Shown here: piece by piece, positions 1 to 11,203 of the stretch
How the letters are laid out: every line of letters begins with the position of its first letter
How positions within the stretch are numbered: the stretch's first letter is position 1
From: Octopus bimaculoides
Taxonomy: Eukaryota
Length of the DNA stretch: 50,505 nt
Assembly (NCBI RefSeq): GCF_001194135.2
Contig: NC_068986.1
Coordinates: 93,315,453-93,365,957 of the forward strand
Reading direction: 5' to 3'
Made by a program: the position numbers and the translations under genes
The notes under the pieces: model-generated
The model's database searches: none
What the model saw: the letters and a program-made list of their open reading frames with translations, nothing else
What the model was told of the DNA's origin: nothing

Positions 1-298
1 AATGTTGATTAGCTCGGCACCAGAGCTTGTTCTCGAAAGCTATAAGAGTTTTGCGAGCGTTGATTATAATGTTAATTTCTAAAGGTGTGATGTTAGTAAG
101 ATTCCTGGCGAAAAGAATGGCCCTATTTAAAAGCTGAGGAAATATAGATGAGTAATAATTGTTGATATCGAATTAGAGGAACGAGAAGGAGTTTTTGTTC
201 TCCAGGGTGTGGAACCATGTGATGACCTCTCCAGTGTGGTACCATAGATTTGCGTGTAGTTTCTCCTTGACGATTGGTATTATCCTGTCTAAAATGTT
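1..298 (-). mobile_element. Penelope-like element (PLE) reverse-transcriptase fragment, inactivated
   Basis: Manual translation of minus strand: NILDRIIPIVKEKLHANLWYHTGEVITWFHTLENKNSFSFL*FDINNYYSSIFPQLLNRAILFARNLTNITPLEINIIINARKTL; resembles PLE RT region 'NQW..T..VI.WF...F.QFDI.NFYPSI' with one stop codon. Confidence 0.8.
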
Positions 299-571
299 TT
301 TACTATATATATATATATTTCAGATATAAGGATTCATTAAGAATCAAGGCACATCAACATATAAGATGCCAGAAATTGGCTTGGTATAATCACATAGAGC
401 TGACAATCAAATAATACGACATTGTAGACATCAAATGCTGACAGGATACTGTAGTTATATAACTCCCAAATCCAATTAATAACCAATTATCTGATTCATT
501 GGTGGATTCTTGGTGTGGCATAAGTATCAAATAGCATCACGTAAATGACATTTAGAATTGCAACGACTCTT

Positions 572-657
572 TTGGTAGAACTTTATTCAATGTATGATGG
601 TGGAGTTGCATAGTATGATGTAATCTTTTATGACTACTTTGAATAAAGTTCTACCAA
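572..657. repeat. Perfect 19-bp inverted repeat with a partly self-pairing 48-bp spacer (86-nt hairpin)
   Basis: ttggtagaactttattcaa (572-590) is the exact reverse complement of ttgaataaagttctaccaa (639-657). Confidence 0.9.
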
Positions 658-734
658 CACAGCTATCACAAATTTGAAGAATACCGATTGTGTGTGTTAG
701 TGTCCGAGTGTGTGTGTGCAAAATATTACCTTAC

Positions 735-958
735 TGAGAAACAGGTGAGAGTAGGCCACAGGAAGAGCATCTGGTCAAAAAAATCTGCTTCAGTAAACTC
801 CTTATAATCTTCCTTGGAAACATATCCAATTATGAGGATATATTACTGCCTTTGGAAACAAGTAAGTGTTGGCAACTGTGAGAGCATCCAGTTGTAGAAA
901 ATGTGCCTCAAACTATACAGTCTTCCCCATGCAAGCATGGGAAAGTGGGCATTAAATC
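735..958 (+). mobile_element. Two degenerate RTE-type 3' tail fragments (SINE/LINE tail)
   Basis: ggaaacaggtgag...gcatc...catgcaagcatgggaaagtgggcattaaa; matches the tail seen at 2341-2443, 42310-42432 and the RTE LINE end at 39730-39858. Confidence 0.6.
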
Positions 959-979
959 GATGCTTAGCTGGAGGATTGT

Positions 980-1345
980 TTTACTTGTTTCGGTCATTTG
1001 ACCATGGCCATGTTGCAGCACCACTTAGCTTTTTCTTTTTTTTTTTAAGCCAAACAAATTGACTCCACTACTTATTTTTAAGTACTTATACTGTCAGGTT
1101 CATTTGCCAAACTGATAACTTACACAGATGTAAACAAACCAACACAGATTGTCTAGCAATGGGAGGAGAAGCATAAACACACACACGCACACACAATAAT
1201 TTTAGCTGCCCTCAACCAAAATCACTCACAATGCATTGTTTGACCTGAGTCTGTAGAAGATATTTGCCCAGTGTTATGCAGTGGAGCTGAACCCTAAGCC
1301 ATATCATTATGAAACAAACTTATTAATGCTACAAGCATGCCTGCA
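980..1345 (-). mobile_element. tRNA-derived SINE family A, old full-length copy
   Basis: Colinear, diverged reverse complement of the family A copies at 22498 and 40473 (tail ...gactgaaacaagtaaaa, internal GT repeat, tRNA-like head). Confidence 0.65.
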
Positions 1346-1595
1346 TCTTCTGTTAACTAGAAAGATTAAACCAAACTAAAATAGGTTTTCTTTTTTTTCA
1401 TAAACATCTTGTTTTTGTTCATATATGTACTCCAATCTTTGAATATATTTTTTCTTTCCACGGTATGACCTCATTAATCCACTTATTAATTTCTCCAAAT
1501 CTTTTCCATATCATCTACTTCCTGTTCCTTATTTTGCTTTTCTTATAATTTAACTATTTCCACCTAAACTAATAATAATAATAATAATAATAATC

Positions 1596-1682
1596 ATCCT
1601 TTCTATTATAGGCACAAGACCTGAAATTTTGACTAGTTTCTTACACCAAAATTTCAGGCCTTGTGCCAATAGTAGAAAGGAT
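1596..1682. repeat. Inverted pair of SINE family C tails (36-bp arms, 15-bp spacer)
   Basis: 1596-1631 atcctttctattataggcacaagacctgaaattttg vs reverse complement of 1647-1682, 33/36 identical; flanked by (AAT)n and (ATT)n. Confidence 0.85.
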
Positions 1683-1714
1683 TATAATTATTATTGTTAT
1701 TATTACAGTTTTGA

Positions 1715-1905
1715 ATTTTAAGGCTAGATACTTTGAGGGGAGGGCAAAGTCAATTACATCAACCCCAAAGCTTAACTGGTACTTATTTTATGGATCCTAA
1801 AAGAATAAAAGGCGAAGTAGACCTCAGCAGGATTTGAACTCAGAATGTAAAGAGTTTGAAGAAATGCGACTGAGCATTTTCACTGGCACACCAACGATTC
1901 TACCT
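1715..1905 (-). mobile_element. tRNA-derived SINE family C copy
   Basis: aactggtacttattt...aaggcgaagtagacctcagcaggatttgaactcagaatgt; colinear with the 50181-50409 copy. Confidence 0.7.
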
Positions 1906-2278
1906 TGATATTAATAATAATGATGATGATGATGATTATAGTGAGGATATTAGCACTTTGTTCACATGGCTGTCAGAACAATGAAAAGCAAAGTCAACTT
2001 TGATGGGATTGAACTCGGGACAAAAAGGTTCATCATAAGATACTGCAAATAATTTTGCTTGATGTTTTCCTTATTCTATACTCCCCCTCTCTCCACCACT
2101 CTCCATTCTTCTGTTGCAAATAACAATAGTAATGTTGACAATATCTTTCACTGCACTTATCTCTCTTGCACCATGTCTGACTCTTCTTCTCTTAATACTC
2201 TCTCTTTCTCCTTTCTCTTCTTTCCACCTGAATTTTGCTTTGTTCAGTTGCATACATCAGCCACTGCTTTTTTGCTTT

Positions 2279-2280
<2 letters not shown>

Positions 2281-2328
<48 letters not shown>
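2281..2328. repeat. (TA)n microsatellite; (CA)n tracts follow at about 2457-2486 and 2671-2710
   Basis: Directly visible. Confidence 0.95.
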
Positions 2329-2333
<5 letters not shown>

Positions 2334-2340
2334 GATGGTA

Positions 2341-2443
2341 ATAGGTGAGGGCTGGTCACAGGAAGGACATCTGGTTGTAGAAAAACCTCTCCTAATAAAC
2401 TCCATCCAACCTATGCAAGCATTGGAAAAGTGGACATTAAATT
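2341..2443 (+). mobile_element. RTE-type 3' tail fragment
   Basis: caggaaggacatctggttgtagaaaa...catccaacctatgcaagcattggaaaagtggacattaaa. Confidence 0.6.
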
Positions 2444-2453
2444 GATAATGTTG

Positions 2454-2487
<34 letters not shown>

Positions 2488-2667
2488 TATTGTTTGTTTT
2501 TATGTTTAGTTATAATAAAAACTAATTTTACATTAATCCGAGGGGTTTACTCTATACTTTTGTAGAGGACAAATTTATTATTCTTAAACAAGAATATTGT
2601 TGGCAGTGGCTTTGAAGTTTTGGCCAGCTAAGTTACTGTCAACAATATTCTTGTATAAGAATAATAA

Positions 2668-2714
<47 letters not shown>

Positions 2715-2987
2715 TGTATATTTGTTGTCATCATAAGAATTTAGAAATTTTCAAGTTCAACTGTTAAAAATGAATGTAGCAGCCCTGTTTACCATCTGAA
2801 ATACATAGAAAAACTGTCAAATTCACTTTTAATTTATGTCTTGAGCTGTCAAAATTTCTGTTGCACAAGTACAGCCTGGTCACTGACCCAGTTCCATTGC
2901 AATTCTTACCTTCCATCTCTATTTTTCTCTTTTTGTAGTTTATGTTATTATGTATATACATGTTTATACATGTATATACATGTTTAT

Positions 2988-3218
2988 ACATACTGAGCAG
3001 GGCCATCTACCTGAAGGGGTTTGTGTTTTATCTACCTTCCTACTTATTAGGATTTTGGTTTTAGCTAGGTTGACTCTAAGGCCCTTCAATTCTAGACCTT
3101 GCTTCCACACCTGAAACTTCTCCTCTAGTTCTGATAGTGACTCCGCAATTAGGGCAAGGTCATCAGCATAGAGGAGCTCCCAGGGGCAACCTGTCTTGAA
3201 CTCCTCTGTGATTGCCTG
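2988..3218 (-). mobile_element. RTE-clade LINE reverse-transcriptase fragment (YADD catalytic motif)
   Basis: Minus-strand translation QAITEEFKTGCPWELLYADDLALIAESLSELEEKFQVWKQGLELKGLRVNLAKTKILISRKVDKTQTPSGRWPCSVC, uninterrupted up to the gap at 3219. Confidence 0.92.
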
Positions 3219-3228
3219 NNNNNNNNNN

Positions 3229-4069
3229 CCTAGAGTTTAAGCTCTCAGAGAGAACACTTTTCATCTTCAGACAAAATCAAAATAGTTATTGACATAAGAA
3301 TTTATGTTACCCAATGATTTTGGTGGAAGGCCCATACTTTTTTTTTTTTACTCAGATTATGCCCTTTTGACCAAATTTATATTTTTTTTAACAACGTATT
3401 ATCAGAAATATGTGAAAGGTTGTCTAATGTGATGAGCTATCTGGCATTAAAATCACTCCTGTTAAAGAACTGACTTTATGTGTACCAGTTTTGTGGGGAA
3501 ATATAAATTTCTATGATGGAGAATTTGTGATGGCCTGTCTGAAAAATTGTTGCAGTGTCAAATATGCTTTATATGTAATACCTTGCTTATAAAACATACA
3601 TGTGTAATGTAATTGTCTGTATAAGTGGAATGTATAAAAGATATTGAGTAATAATCGTACTAAATGCTAGCCTGGTTTGGATGGAATTTTCTACTGGGTG
3701 AGCAGGCACTCTCATAGAAATTTGCTCTAATATTTAAGTATTTGGGAGTTGTTGTTTGTTTTTTTTAATTCACCTCTGTGTTTTCTCTGCTGTTAAAAAT
3801 TGCTATTTCTTGGCTCTGTTGATATATGGCCTTCATCTTATAGTTGCAGTAACTTCAGCTTCATACATGACAGATACAGCATTGCATGTTAAGTTTAATG
3901 GACACATTTCAAATAAAAAAATTTTTTTTAGCCACAACAGATCCTTCCAGCATGTTAACAAGCAGACTGTCACTATGCTGGTGGACCATACTTGGAAACG
4001 GAAGACACCTGACATGGATTACAGCTACAACTAGAAAATTCTTGTCCTCTCTGAGAGTTTAAACTATGG
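3229..4069. mobile_element. Candidate non-autonomous DNA transposon/MITE with imperfect ~27-bp terminal inverted repeats
   Basis: 3229-3256 cctagagtttaagctctcagagagaaca vs reverse complement of 4043-4069 ccatagtttaaactctcagagaggaca; TSD not checkable because the left end abuts a gap. Confidence 0.4.
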
Positions 4070-4203
4070 AATTGCAATGGAACATATGTAACACTTGTAT
4101 TTCTTAAGTACCATAAATCTACGTCATTTAACTCTTTTATTAATATTTAGTTCTGTTTACTGACGAATGTTCAACCAGTCACAGTATATAGATGTATGCA
4201 AAT

Positions 4204-4254
<51 letters not shown>

Positions 4255-4257
4255 CAT

Positions 4258-4870
4258 TGTTGTCATTCATCATCATCATTTACATTTACTTTTCCATGCT
4301 TGCATGGGTTGCACAGGGTTTATTTGAGGTAGATTGTCTGGGGCTGGATGGATGCCCTTTCTGTTGCCAACCCTAACTTGTTTGCAATCAAAGTAATATT
4401 TCTCCCATGGCCAGACATGTTCTTGCAGAATATTGGAAATGAACAACACTGCTTGTATGCCAGTGACACTCATTTACATCCATCATGTGAAGTCAAGACA
4501 ACGGAACACAAACACTCACACACAAACATTCACACACAGACACTCACACACAAACATTCACACACAAACACTCACTCACAAACACTCACACACAGACACT
4601 CACACACAAACACTCACACAGACACTCACACACAGACACACACACACAAACACTCACACACAAACACTCACACACAAACACTCACACACAAACACTCATT
4701 CACAAATACTTACACACACACACTTGAAGGCTTCTTTTAGTTTCCATCTACAAAGACCTCTTACAAGGTTTTAGTCGGCCCGGGGCTATAGTAGAAGACA
4801 CTTGCCCGATGTGCCTTGCAGTGGAATTGAACCCAGAGCCACGTGGCTGGAATGCAAACTTCTTAGCACA
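4258..4870 (-). mobile_element. SINE family A variant with RTE-type 3' tail; internal (CA)n expanded into a ~14-bp minisatellite (about 4500-4720)
   Basis: tRNA-like head at 4730-4870, cacacaaacactca-type units, body, then tail ...gcatccatcc...catgcaagcatggaaaagtaaatgtaaatgatgatg on the minus strand. Confidence 0.75.
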
Positions 4871-5330
4871 GTTCTACACCTATATTTCTCACTCTTCCCA
4901 TCACCACCACCACCACTGCTACCACCCCCACCATCATCATCACTATTGACCAAGTTTATCTCATCTTGCTGATATCAATTTGTATTTTTCTCTTTATTTA
5001 TTTCACTGGAAAATAATCCAGCTTTGTTATTTGTTTATGTTCATGTTGTCACACCTCTTTTAGCCATGTAACATTCAGGAGGCGATGGAGGGGAGAGACT
5101 CTCTTGTGTGCGTTTGAATTCCTCTTCTTTTGCAGAACATTCTCATCTCCTTTCCATGGGCCTCTTGCAGTATTGTCATGTTTTGATTCTTTTAAATATA
5201 CATTAAATTTCATTTTTCTTTTTTGCTTGTTTCTTCACTCAATCTTTCTTACTTTCCTTCTTTCTATGTCTCTCTCACTTTCACTTACTCTCTGTTCTTT
5301 CAATCTCTTTCTCTCTCACTCTCATAATCT

Positions 5331-5334
<4 letters not shown>

Positions 5335-5372
<38 letters not shown>

Positions 5373-5373
5373 T

Positions 5374-5417
<44 letters not shown>

Positions 5418-5418
5418 T
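5335..5418. repeat. (CT)n followed by (CTTT)n microsatellite
   Basis: Directly visible. Confidence 0.95.
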
Positions 5419-5829
5419 GCACCTGTTTTCTCTCAAAACCAGAAGTGACCTCTGAGAAATGCCAACAACTTTCATTTTTACTCACTGAGAACTCTTCATA
5501 ATGATTATAAGATTAATTAAACACGCTTCAAATGATTATTATTATTTTTTTTTTATTATTAAGACAGGTTCTACAATTTCTCTTTTATTATTTGGTTTTC
5601 AGCAAATCACTTATTTGTTTATCTATATATATTCATTTGTTTTATTGTAGGAAAATGTTTACTGAAATTACATTGATAAAGCATTAAAGTAGTGAATTTA
5701 TGTGTGTTTTTTTTTTTTAACCAGAGGTCACTTTTAGTTGATGGTCATCAAATGTTCCCTTTTCTTTATCAAAACTTAAGTACTGACTTTGAAAACTGGA
5801 TACTTCTTCAAATGTTTTCAGAATATTTC

Positions 5830-6141
5830 CATTAAACTGGATAAGTTTACTAAAATTATAAAACTAAAGAAAATTCGTAATGAAACCAGTTTTACAAAAT
5901 TAAATAACTTAGCATAAATTAGAAAACTGTTATTTAAAAGAATGAAGGAATTAAAACCAGTTCTATAAAACTAGATAGTTGTGCTAGAGTTAGAAAGCAG
6001 TTACACAAAAGTGGATAGCTCAACAATTATGTATACTAGATAACCATGTAAAACTTTGTGAAGAATTCTGTATGATAAACTGTTTCTAGGTTATGTTATA
6101 GAGGTAGTTAGCTTCTACTACTCAGATCACATTGTAAAATA

Positions 6142-6177
<36 letters not shown>

Positions 6178-7050
6178 CAGATGACATTTATGTAGTCTGG
6201 GAATAGATTCAAATTTAACAACATAAATAAGAAGAAAGAAAGAAATCGTCCAATTCAGCACATTAACTCTGCAAGTAGAGATAGTGACCTGGACTAAATT
6301 TATTCATAAATGGGTACTGTAATTTGCTTGAAGTATGGCCATATGTGCAAATAAGACAAATGAATATAAAAACCTTTGAACAATGCAGGTGAGTTAAGCG
6401 TAATAGATAAGGTGAAGCCAATGAATGAAGACAAAACAAAGAAGGATATTGTGTTACCCTACATAGATTGTTTAATGATCCTGTAATGTTTTGAGAAAAG
6501 GTTCTCCTTTTGAGATAGAAAAAAGAAAACAAAGAGAATATTGGAATTCAGTTCACCAGCAAATGATTGCATATACGAGACAAAACCAGTGTCTTCTATA
6601 GCAATTTCATAAACTAGAAAGTGCTATGTATATATTGGAGAATAAATAGTAATGCTAGAATCATCTAGTTGTATAGAAGAGTTAGAAAACAGTTATATAA
6701 AATTACATAGCACTACAAGTGTTGTAAACTGGCTATATAAATCACTATATCTGAGTTAGAAAACAGTTATCTGAAACTAGATAACTCCACAAGTATTGTA
6801 AATGGTTATATAGAGTCAGAAAACAATTACACAAACTGGATAATTCTACAAGTGTTGTAACATTGTAATAGTTTGAAAACAGTTATTCAAGAGTAGATAA
6901 CTCTACAAGCATTTTAAAATTCTTTGGAAAACAATTATATAAAACTGGATGACTCTAAAAATAGTTAAATAAATTAACTCTACACGAGTTACATTATAAA
7001 ACTGAATCTCTCTAACAGTTCTAAAATAGTTGTAATAATATAACACTACA
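5830..7050. repeat. Old degenerate AT-rich tandem repeat, unit about 50-75 bp, clearest at 6670-6960
   Basis: Recurring gagttagaaaacagttat...aaactggataactctacaagtgttgtaa at about 6679, 6753, 6813, 6870 and 6924, plus partial copies at 5830-6030. Confidence 0.6.
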
Positions 7051-7054
7051 AAAC

Positions 7055-7093
<39 letters not shown>

Positions 7094-7943
7094 CATATTT
7101 GATGACATGAGATAGAATTGTTTCCCCACAAAAATGCCTTAAAGAATCTCCCCAAGTCTTATATATGCAAAATTGAGTCTATATTACATGCTTCAGTACA
7201 CTAAAACTTTTTTCCTCTGATGAAATTGGAGCACATCTAATGAGCCTGTGCATCTTTTNNNNNNNNNNNNNNNNNNNNNNNNNNNNNNNNNNNNNNNNNN
7301 NNNNNNNNNNNNNNNNNNNNNNNNNNNNNNNNNNNNNNNNNNNNNNNNNNNNNNNNNNNNNNNNNNNNNNNNNNNNNNNNNNNNNNNNNNNNNNNNNNNN
7401 NNNNNNNNNNNNNNNNNNNNNNNNNNNNNNNNNNNNNNNNNNNNNNNNNNNNNNNNNNNNNNNNNNNNNNNNNNNNNNNNNNNNNNNNNNNNNNNNNNNN
7501 NNNNNNNNNNNNNNNNNNNNNNNNNNNNNNNNNNNNNNNNNNNNNNNNNNNNNNNNNNNNNNNNNNNNNNNNNNNNNNNNNNNNNNNNNNNNNNNNNNNN
7601 NNNNNNNNNNNNNNNNNNNNNNNNNNNNNNNNNNNNNNNNNNNNNNNNNNNNNNNNNNNNNNNNNNNNNNNNNNNNNNNNNNNNNNNNNNNNNNNNNNNN
7701 NNNNNNNNNNNNNNNNNNNNNNNNNNNNNNNNNNNNNNNNNNNNNNNNNNNNNNNNNNNNNNNNNNNNNNNNNNNNNNNNNNNNNNNNNNNNNNNNNNNN
7801 NNNNNNNNNNNNNNNNNNNNNNNNNNNNNNNNNNNNNNNNNNNNNNNNNNNNNNNNNNNNNNNNNNNNNNNNNNNNNNNNNNNNNNNNNNNNNNNNNNNN
7901 NNNNNNNNNNNNNNNNNNNNNNNNNNNNNNNNNNNNNNNNNNN

Positions 7944-8154
7944 AGGGTGGCCCAAAAGTAGGTTTACAGTTATTCAACTATCTCTTTCGCATTCATATAT
8001 TAACAGTTTAGATCTTAATTATAAGAAAATATGAAACCATTATTCTATGCTAATTTAGTTAATTGTAAGATAGAAATTTAAATGTAATAAAATCTTTTAA
8101 AACAAATTTAAAGTGCCTACGTGATAACTGTAAACCTAACTTTTGGCCACCCTG
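7944..8154. mobile_element. IS630-Tc1-mariner-type MITE (~210 bp)
   Basis: TIRs (c)agggtggcccaaaagtaggtttacagttat at 7944-7973 and ataactgtaaacctaacttttggccaccctg at 8124-8154; right end runs into (TA)n; AT-rich non-coding interior. Confidence 0.8.
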
Positions 8155-8589
8155 TGTATATATATATATATATATATATGCATATATATGTGTGTGTACA
8201 TAATGTATATACACACTTACTAACCAGAAAACCTCTCTTTGTCTGGTACTGTTCAAGCCACACTGATCTTTACCCTCTCTCTCTCTCTTTCTCTCTCTTT
8301 CCTTCTCTTTCTATAGTAGTGTCCTGTCTGCACCCTACAGAATGATCCAGCGGTTAAAGAAAGATTCCAACTTCTGATATGGAATAAGTAAAAGATTATA
8401 AGAGTCCAGTAAGTCTTACATAGAACTGTCTAATATCTTCACACTTCTGCACTCCATCACATCACACTGCCCATTGCGTTGGGCATGGTAAGGTCGACGC
8501 TCTGGCAGTCATCTTGGCACTGCTTATTTGGCATCATTGATTCAATACTGACTATTTTGACATTTCTCTTTTTAAAGTTTCTCCTGTTT

Positions 8590-8768
8590 TATTGTTTCTT
8601 ATTTCCTCTCTCTCCTCTCTTTCTCTCTCCCTCTCTTTCTCTCCCCCCCTCTCTCTATATATGTGTGGCCATATTTCTCTTTGTGCATCTGATGAGAGGC
8701 ACAGTGTTTGTCATCTGTGTTCTATTAATGAATTGTTATCTTGTTCCCTCTCTCTCTCACTTCTCTTG

Positions 8769-8799
<31 letters not shown>

Positions 8800-9331
8800 T
8801 GCTCTCTCTCACTTCTCTCTCTCTCTCTCACTTCTCTCTCTCTCTTCTCTTTCTCTCTTTGTCTCACTTTTTCTCTCCCCTCTTGTTCTTTCGCTCTGTC
8901 TCTCTCTCTTTCCCTCTCCTCTCCTGCTCTCTCTGTCTCTCACTTTCTCTCTCCCCTCTCACCCTCTCCTTCCTCTCTCCCACTTCTCTCCTCCTTCCTC
9001 TCTCCCACTTCTCTCCTCCTTCCTCTCTCCCTCTTCTCTCGTCCTNNNNNNNNNNNNNNNNNNNNNNNNNNNNNNNNNNNNNNNNNNNNNNNNNNNNNNN
9101 NNNNNNNNNNNNNNNNNNNNNNNNNNNNNNNNNNNNNNNNNNNNNNNNNNNNNNNNNNNNNNNNNNNNNNNNNNNNNNNNNNNNNNNNNNNNNNNNNNNN
9201 NNNNNNNNNNNNNNNNNNNNNNNNNNCCCCCCCTCTCTCTCCTCCCCTTCTCTCCCTCTCTTTATGTGTTTGAACATATTTCTCTTTATGCACATGAGGA
9301 GAGGGAAAGTGTTTATATCAATAAATAAATT

Positions 9332-9362
<31 letters not shown>
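8590..9362. repeat. Compound CT-rich microsatellite region containing a gap
   Basis: Directly visible pyrimidine tract; gap at 9046-9226. Confidence 0.9.
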
Positions 9363-9468
9363 TCATATGTGTAAGCATCTAGTTATGCTGGTATGTATAA
9401 TGTCCTTCTGTATGTATATATTCTGTACATATGCATGTACACACATGTGTGCACATACATGTGCTTAC

Positions 9469-9569
9469 CTGCAATCTCCAAAAAAAGGTCTGCCACCAAA
9501 CTAAGCTCTATGCCCAGTCAGCCATGCTGAACTATGAGCACCCAAAAAGCTGTGCCCAGTTGTCTCATT
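9469..9569 (-). other. Candidate 101-nt non-coding (UTR/lncRNA) exon
   Basis: Acceptor ttttttattttttttgtcttgctttaccgcAG and donor CAG|GTAAGC around unique sequence; all three frames contain a stop. Confidence 0.3.
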
Positions 9570-10185
9570 CTGCGGTAAAGCAAGACAAAAAAATAAAAAA
9601 AATGTCCCCTGCACACCCACTACAATAAATGTTCTGATGGTAAATATTGTTATTTTTATCATTTCTGTTTCTTTTCATCTGCACCAAATTCAGCTCATTT
9701 GCATCTTTTATATGTGTGGTTGGAGTGGGTGGGCATGTTTGGATATTTTGTTTTTCTTTTTGTCTTATTAGATGATGGTTCTTATTTTTCTTTTGTTGGT
9801 GGTGTGGTGTTTTATATGTAAACTTTTTTCTAATTATATGAATGCATGGATGTGTGTGTGTTTGTGTGTGTGTAATGAGCAGGTTGCCTGCGTATTTCAA
9901 TTAACTTTCAATGTAATCAAGACATTGTTGGAGGATGAGAGTAATAAAATATTTGTAACGAGATATCATGGTGTGTGTGTGTGTGTATGTGTAATTTCAT
10001 TGTATATATGCATTATTTATATCTGTAACTTTATATATTGATGTATGTCATATACATAATTGATTACTTGAGATTTTTGATTTAAATACAAGCACTTCAG
10101 TATGGATGATCTCAGGTGTATTGTCATAAAAAAGCATAAAACTTTTTCCACATGTTTCACACACACATATATATATATACATGTG

Positions 10186-10217
<32 letters not shown>

Positions 10218-11149
10218 CTTGTGTGTTTGTATGCATGATAATTTTCTTTTCTCCTGTACTGTTACTTGTATTGCTTTGTCAAGCTCAGTTTTGTTTTGTT
10301 CAGTTCAGTTCAATTTATTGACATTGTATGAAGTGAACTACAGCAAACTTGCTGTCTGCCAACCCACCTCATGTTTCAGTAATGTTAACAAATTATGCAG
10401 CAATAATTATGACATAGTATACCACAGTAATTATAGTATAATTTATAGAAATAACTATTACATATTTTACAATATAAATGGTTTTTTTTTAAAGAAGACT
10501 TTCAAACAATGCAAATGAGAAGTTTGGCAAAATACGTGAGATGATGTCAATTAAGCATGATGTATCATTTTATCAAATGCATGATGTTGTATCACTTTGC
10601 ATAGGTTGTTTAATTATAGCAGATTTATAATATACAACAGTAATTGGAACATCTGCAGCAATAACAATCATAACATTATGTCAATAACTGTAACATATTG
10701 TACAAAACTATTCAAAATATATCCAACAATAATTATAATGTTATATATGATCATATGTTATAATTATTGTATATCATTATACTGTGTTGTAATTATAACT
10801 ATAACATTATATAGCAGTAATTACAATATACTATAGTAATGATTATAACATTTAAAAGTAATAAAATAACATCTGAAATATATTTTATGATAATGATTAT
10901 ACTATATGCAATAATAGTTAAAATATGTACAACAATATTTAATAGCACAGAACAAATATCTTTAGAAACTTTGTTCATATAACACCAATTTATTAACTAG
11001 TGCTGATATCATATGCCAATATTCATGGTTGTATGCTTACGTACGCACAAGCTCATACATGCATATACATAAATGCATGCATATACATACATGCATGCAT
11101 ACATTCATAAATAGATATGTAATAATACAGTCTATCATAGATAATACAA

Positions 11150-11203
11150 AATTCAAATTCAAAGTTTTATGTTCAGATTATGTTAAACAATCATCAGATG
11201 AAA
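11150..11203 (-). ncRNA. Possible degenerate hammerhead-ribozyme relic at the PLE 3' end
   Basis: Minus strand ttcatCTGATGAt-tgttt-aacataatct-gaaca-tAAAAc-ttt-gaatt; CUGAUGA and a stem II are present, GAAA is mutated to AAAA and stem III is imperfect. Confidence 0.25.

Noticed and set aside
435-480. Hammerhead-like ctgacagga...agttatataact...caaa near the first PLE
   Set aside because: Both core boxes deviate from CUGANGA and GAAA; insufficient support
9469-9569. Selenoprotein reading of the in-frame TGA (QHG*LG)
   Set aside because: Matches no selenoprotein motif I know, and no SECIS element was identified
2059-10518. ORFs rich in YI/HT/CV/SL/ER dipeptides
   Set aside because: Translations of (TA)n, (CA)n and (CT)n microsatellites
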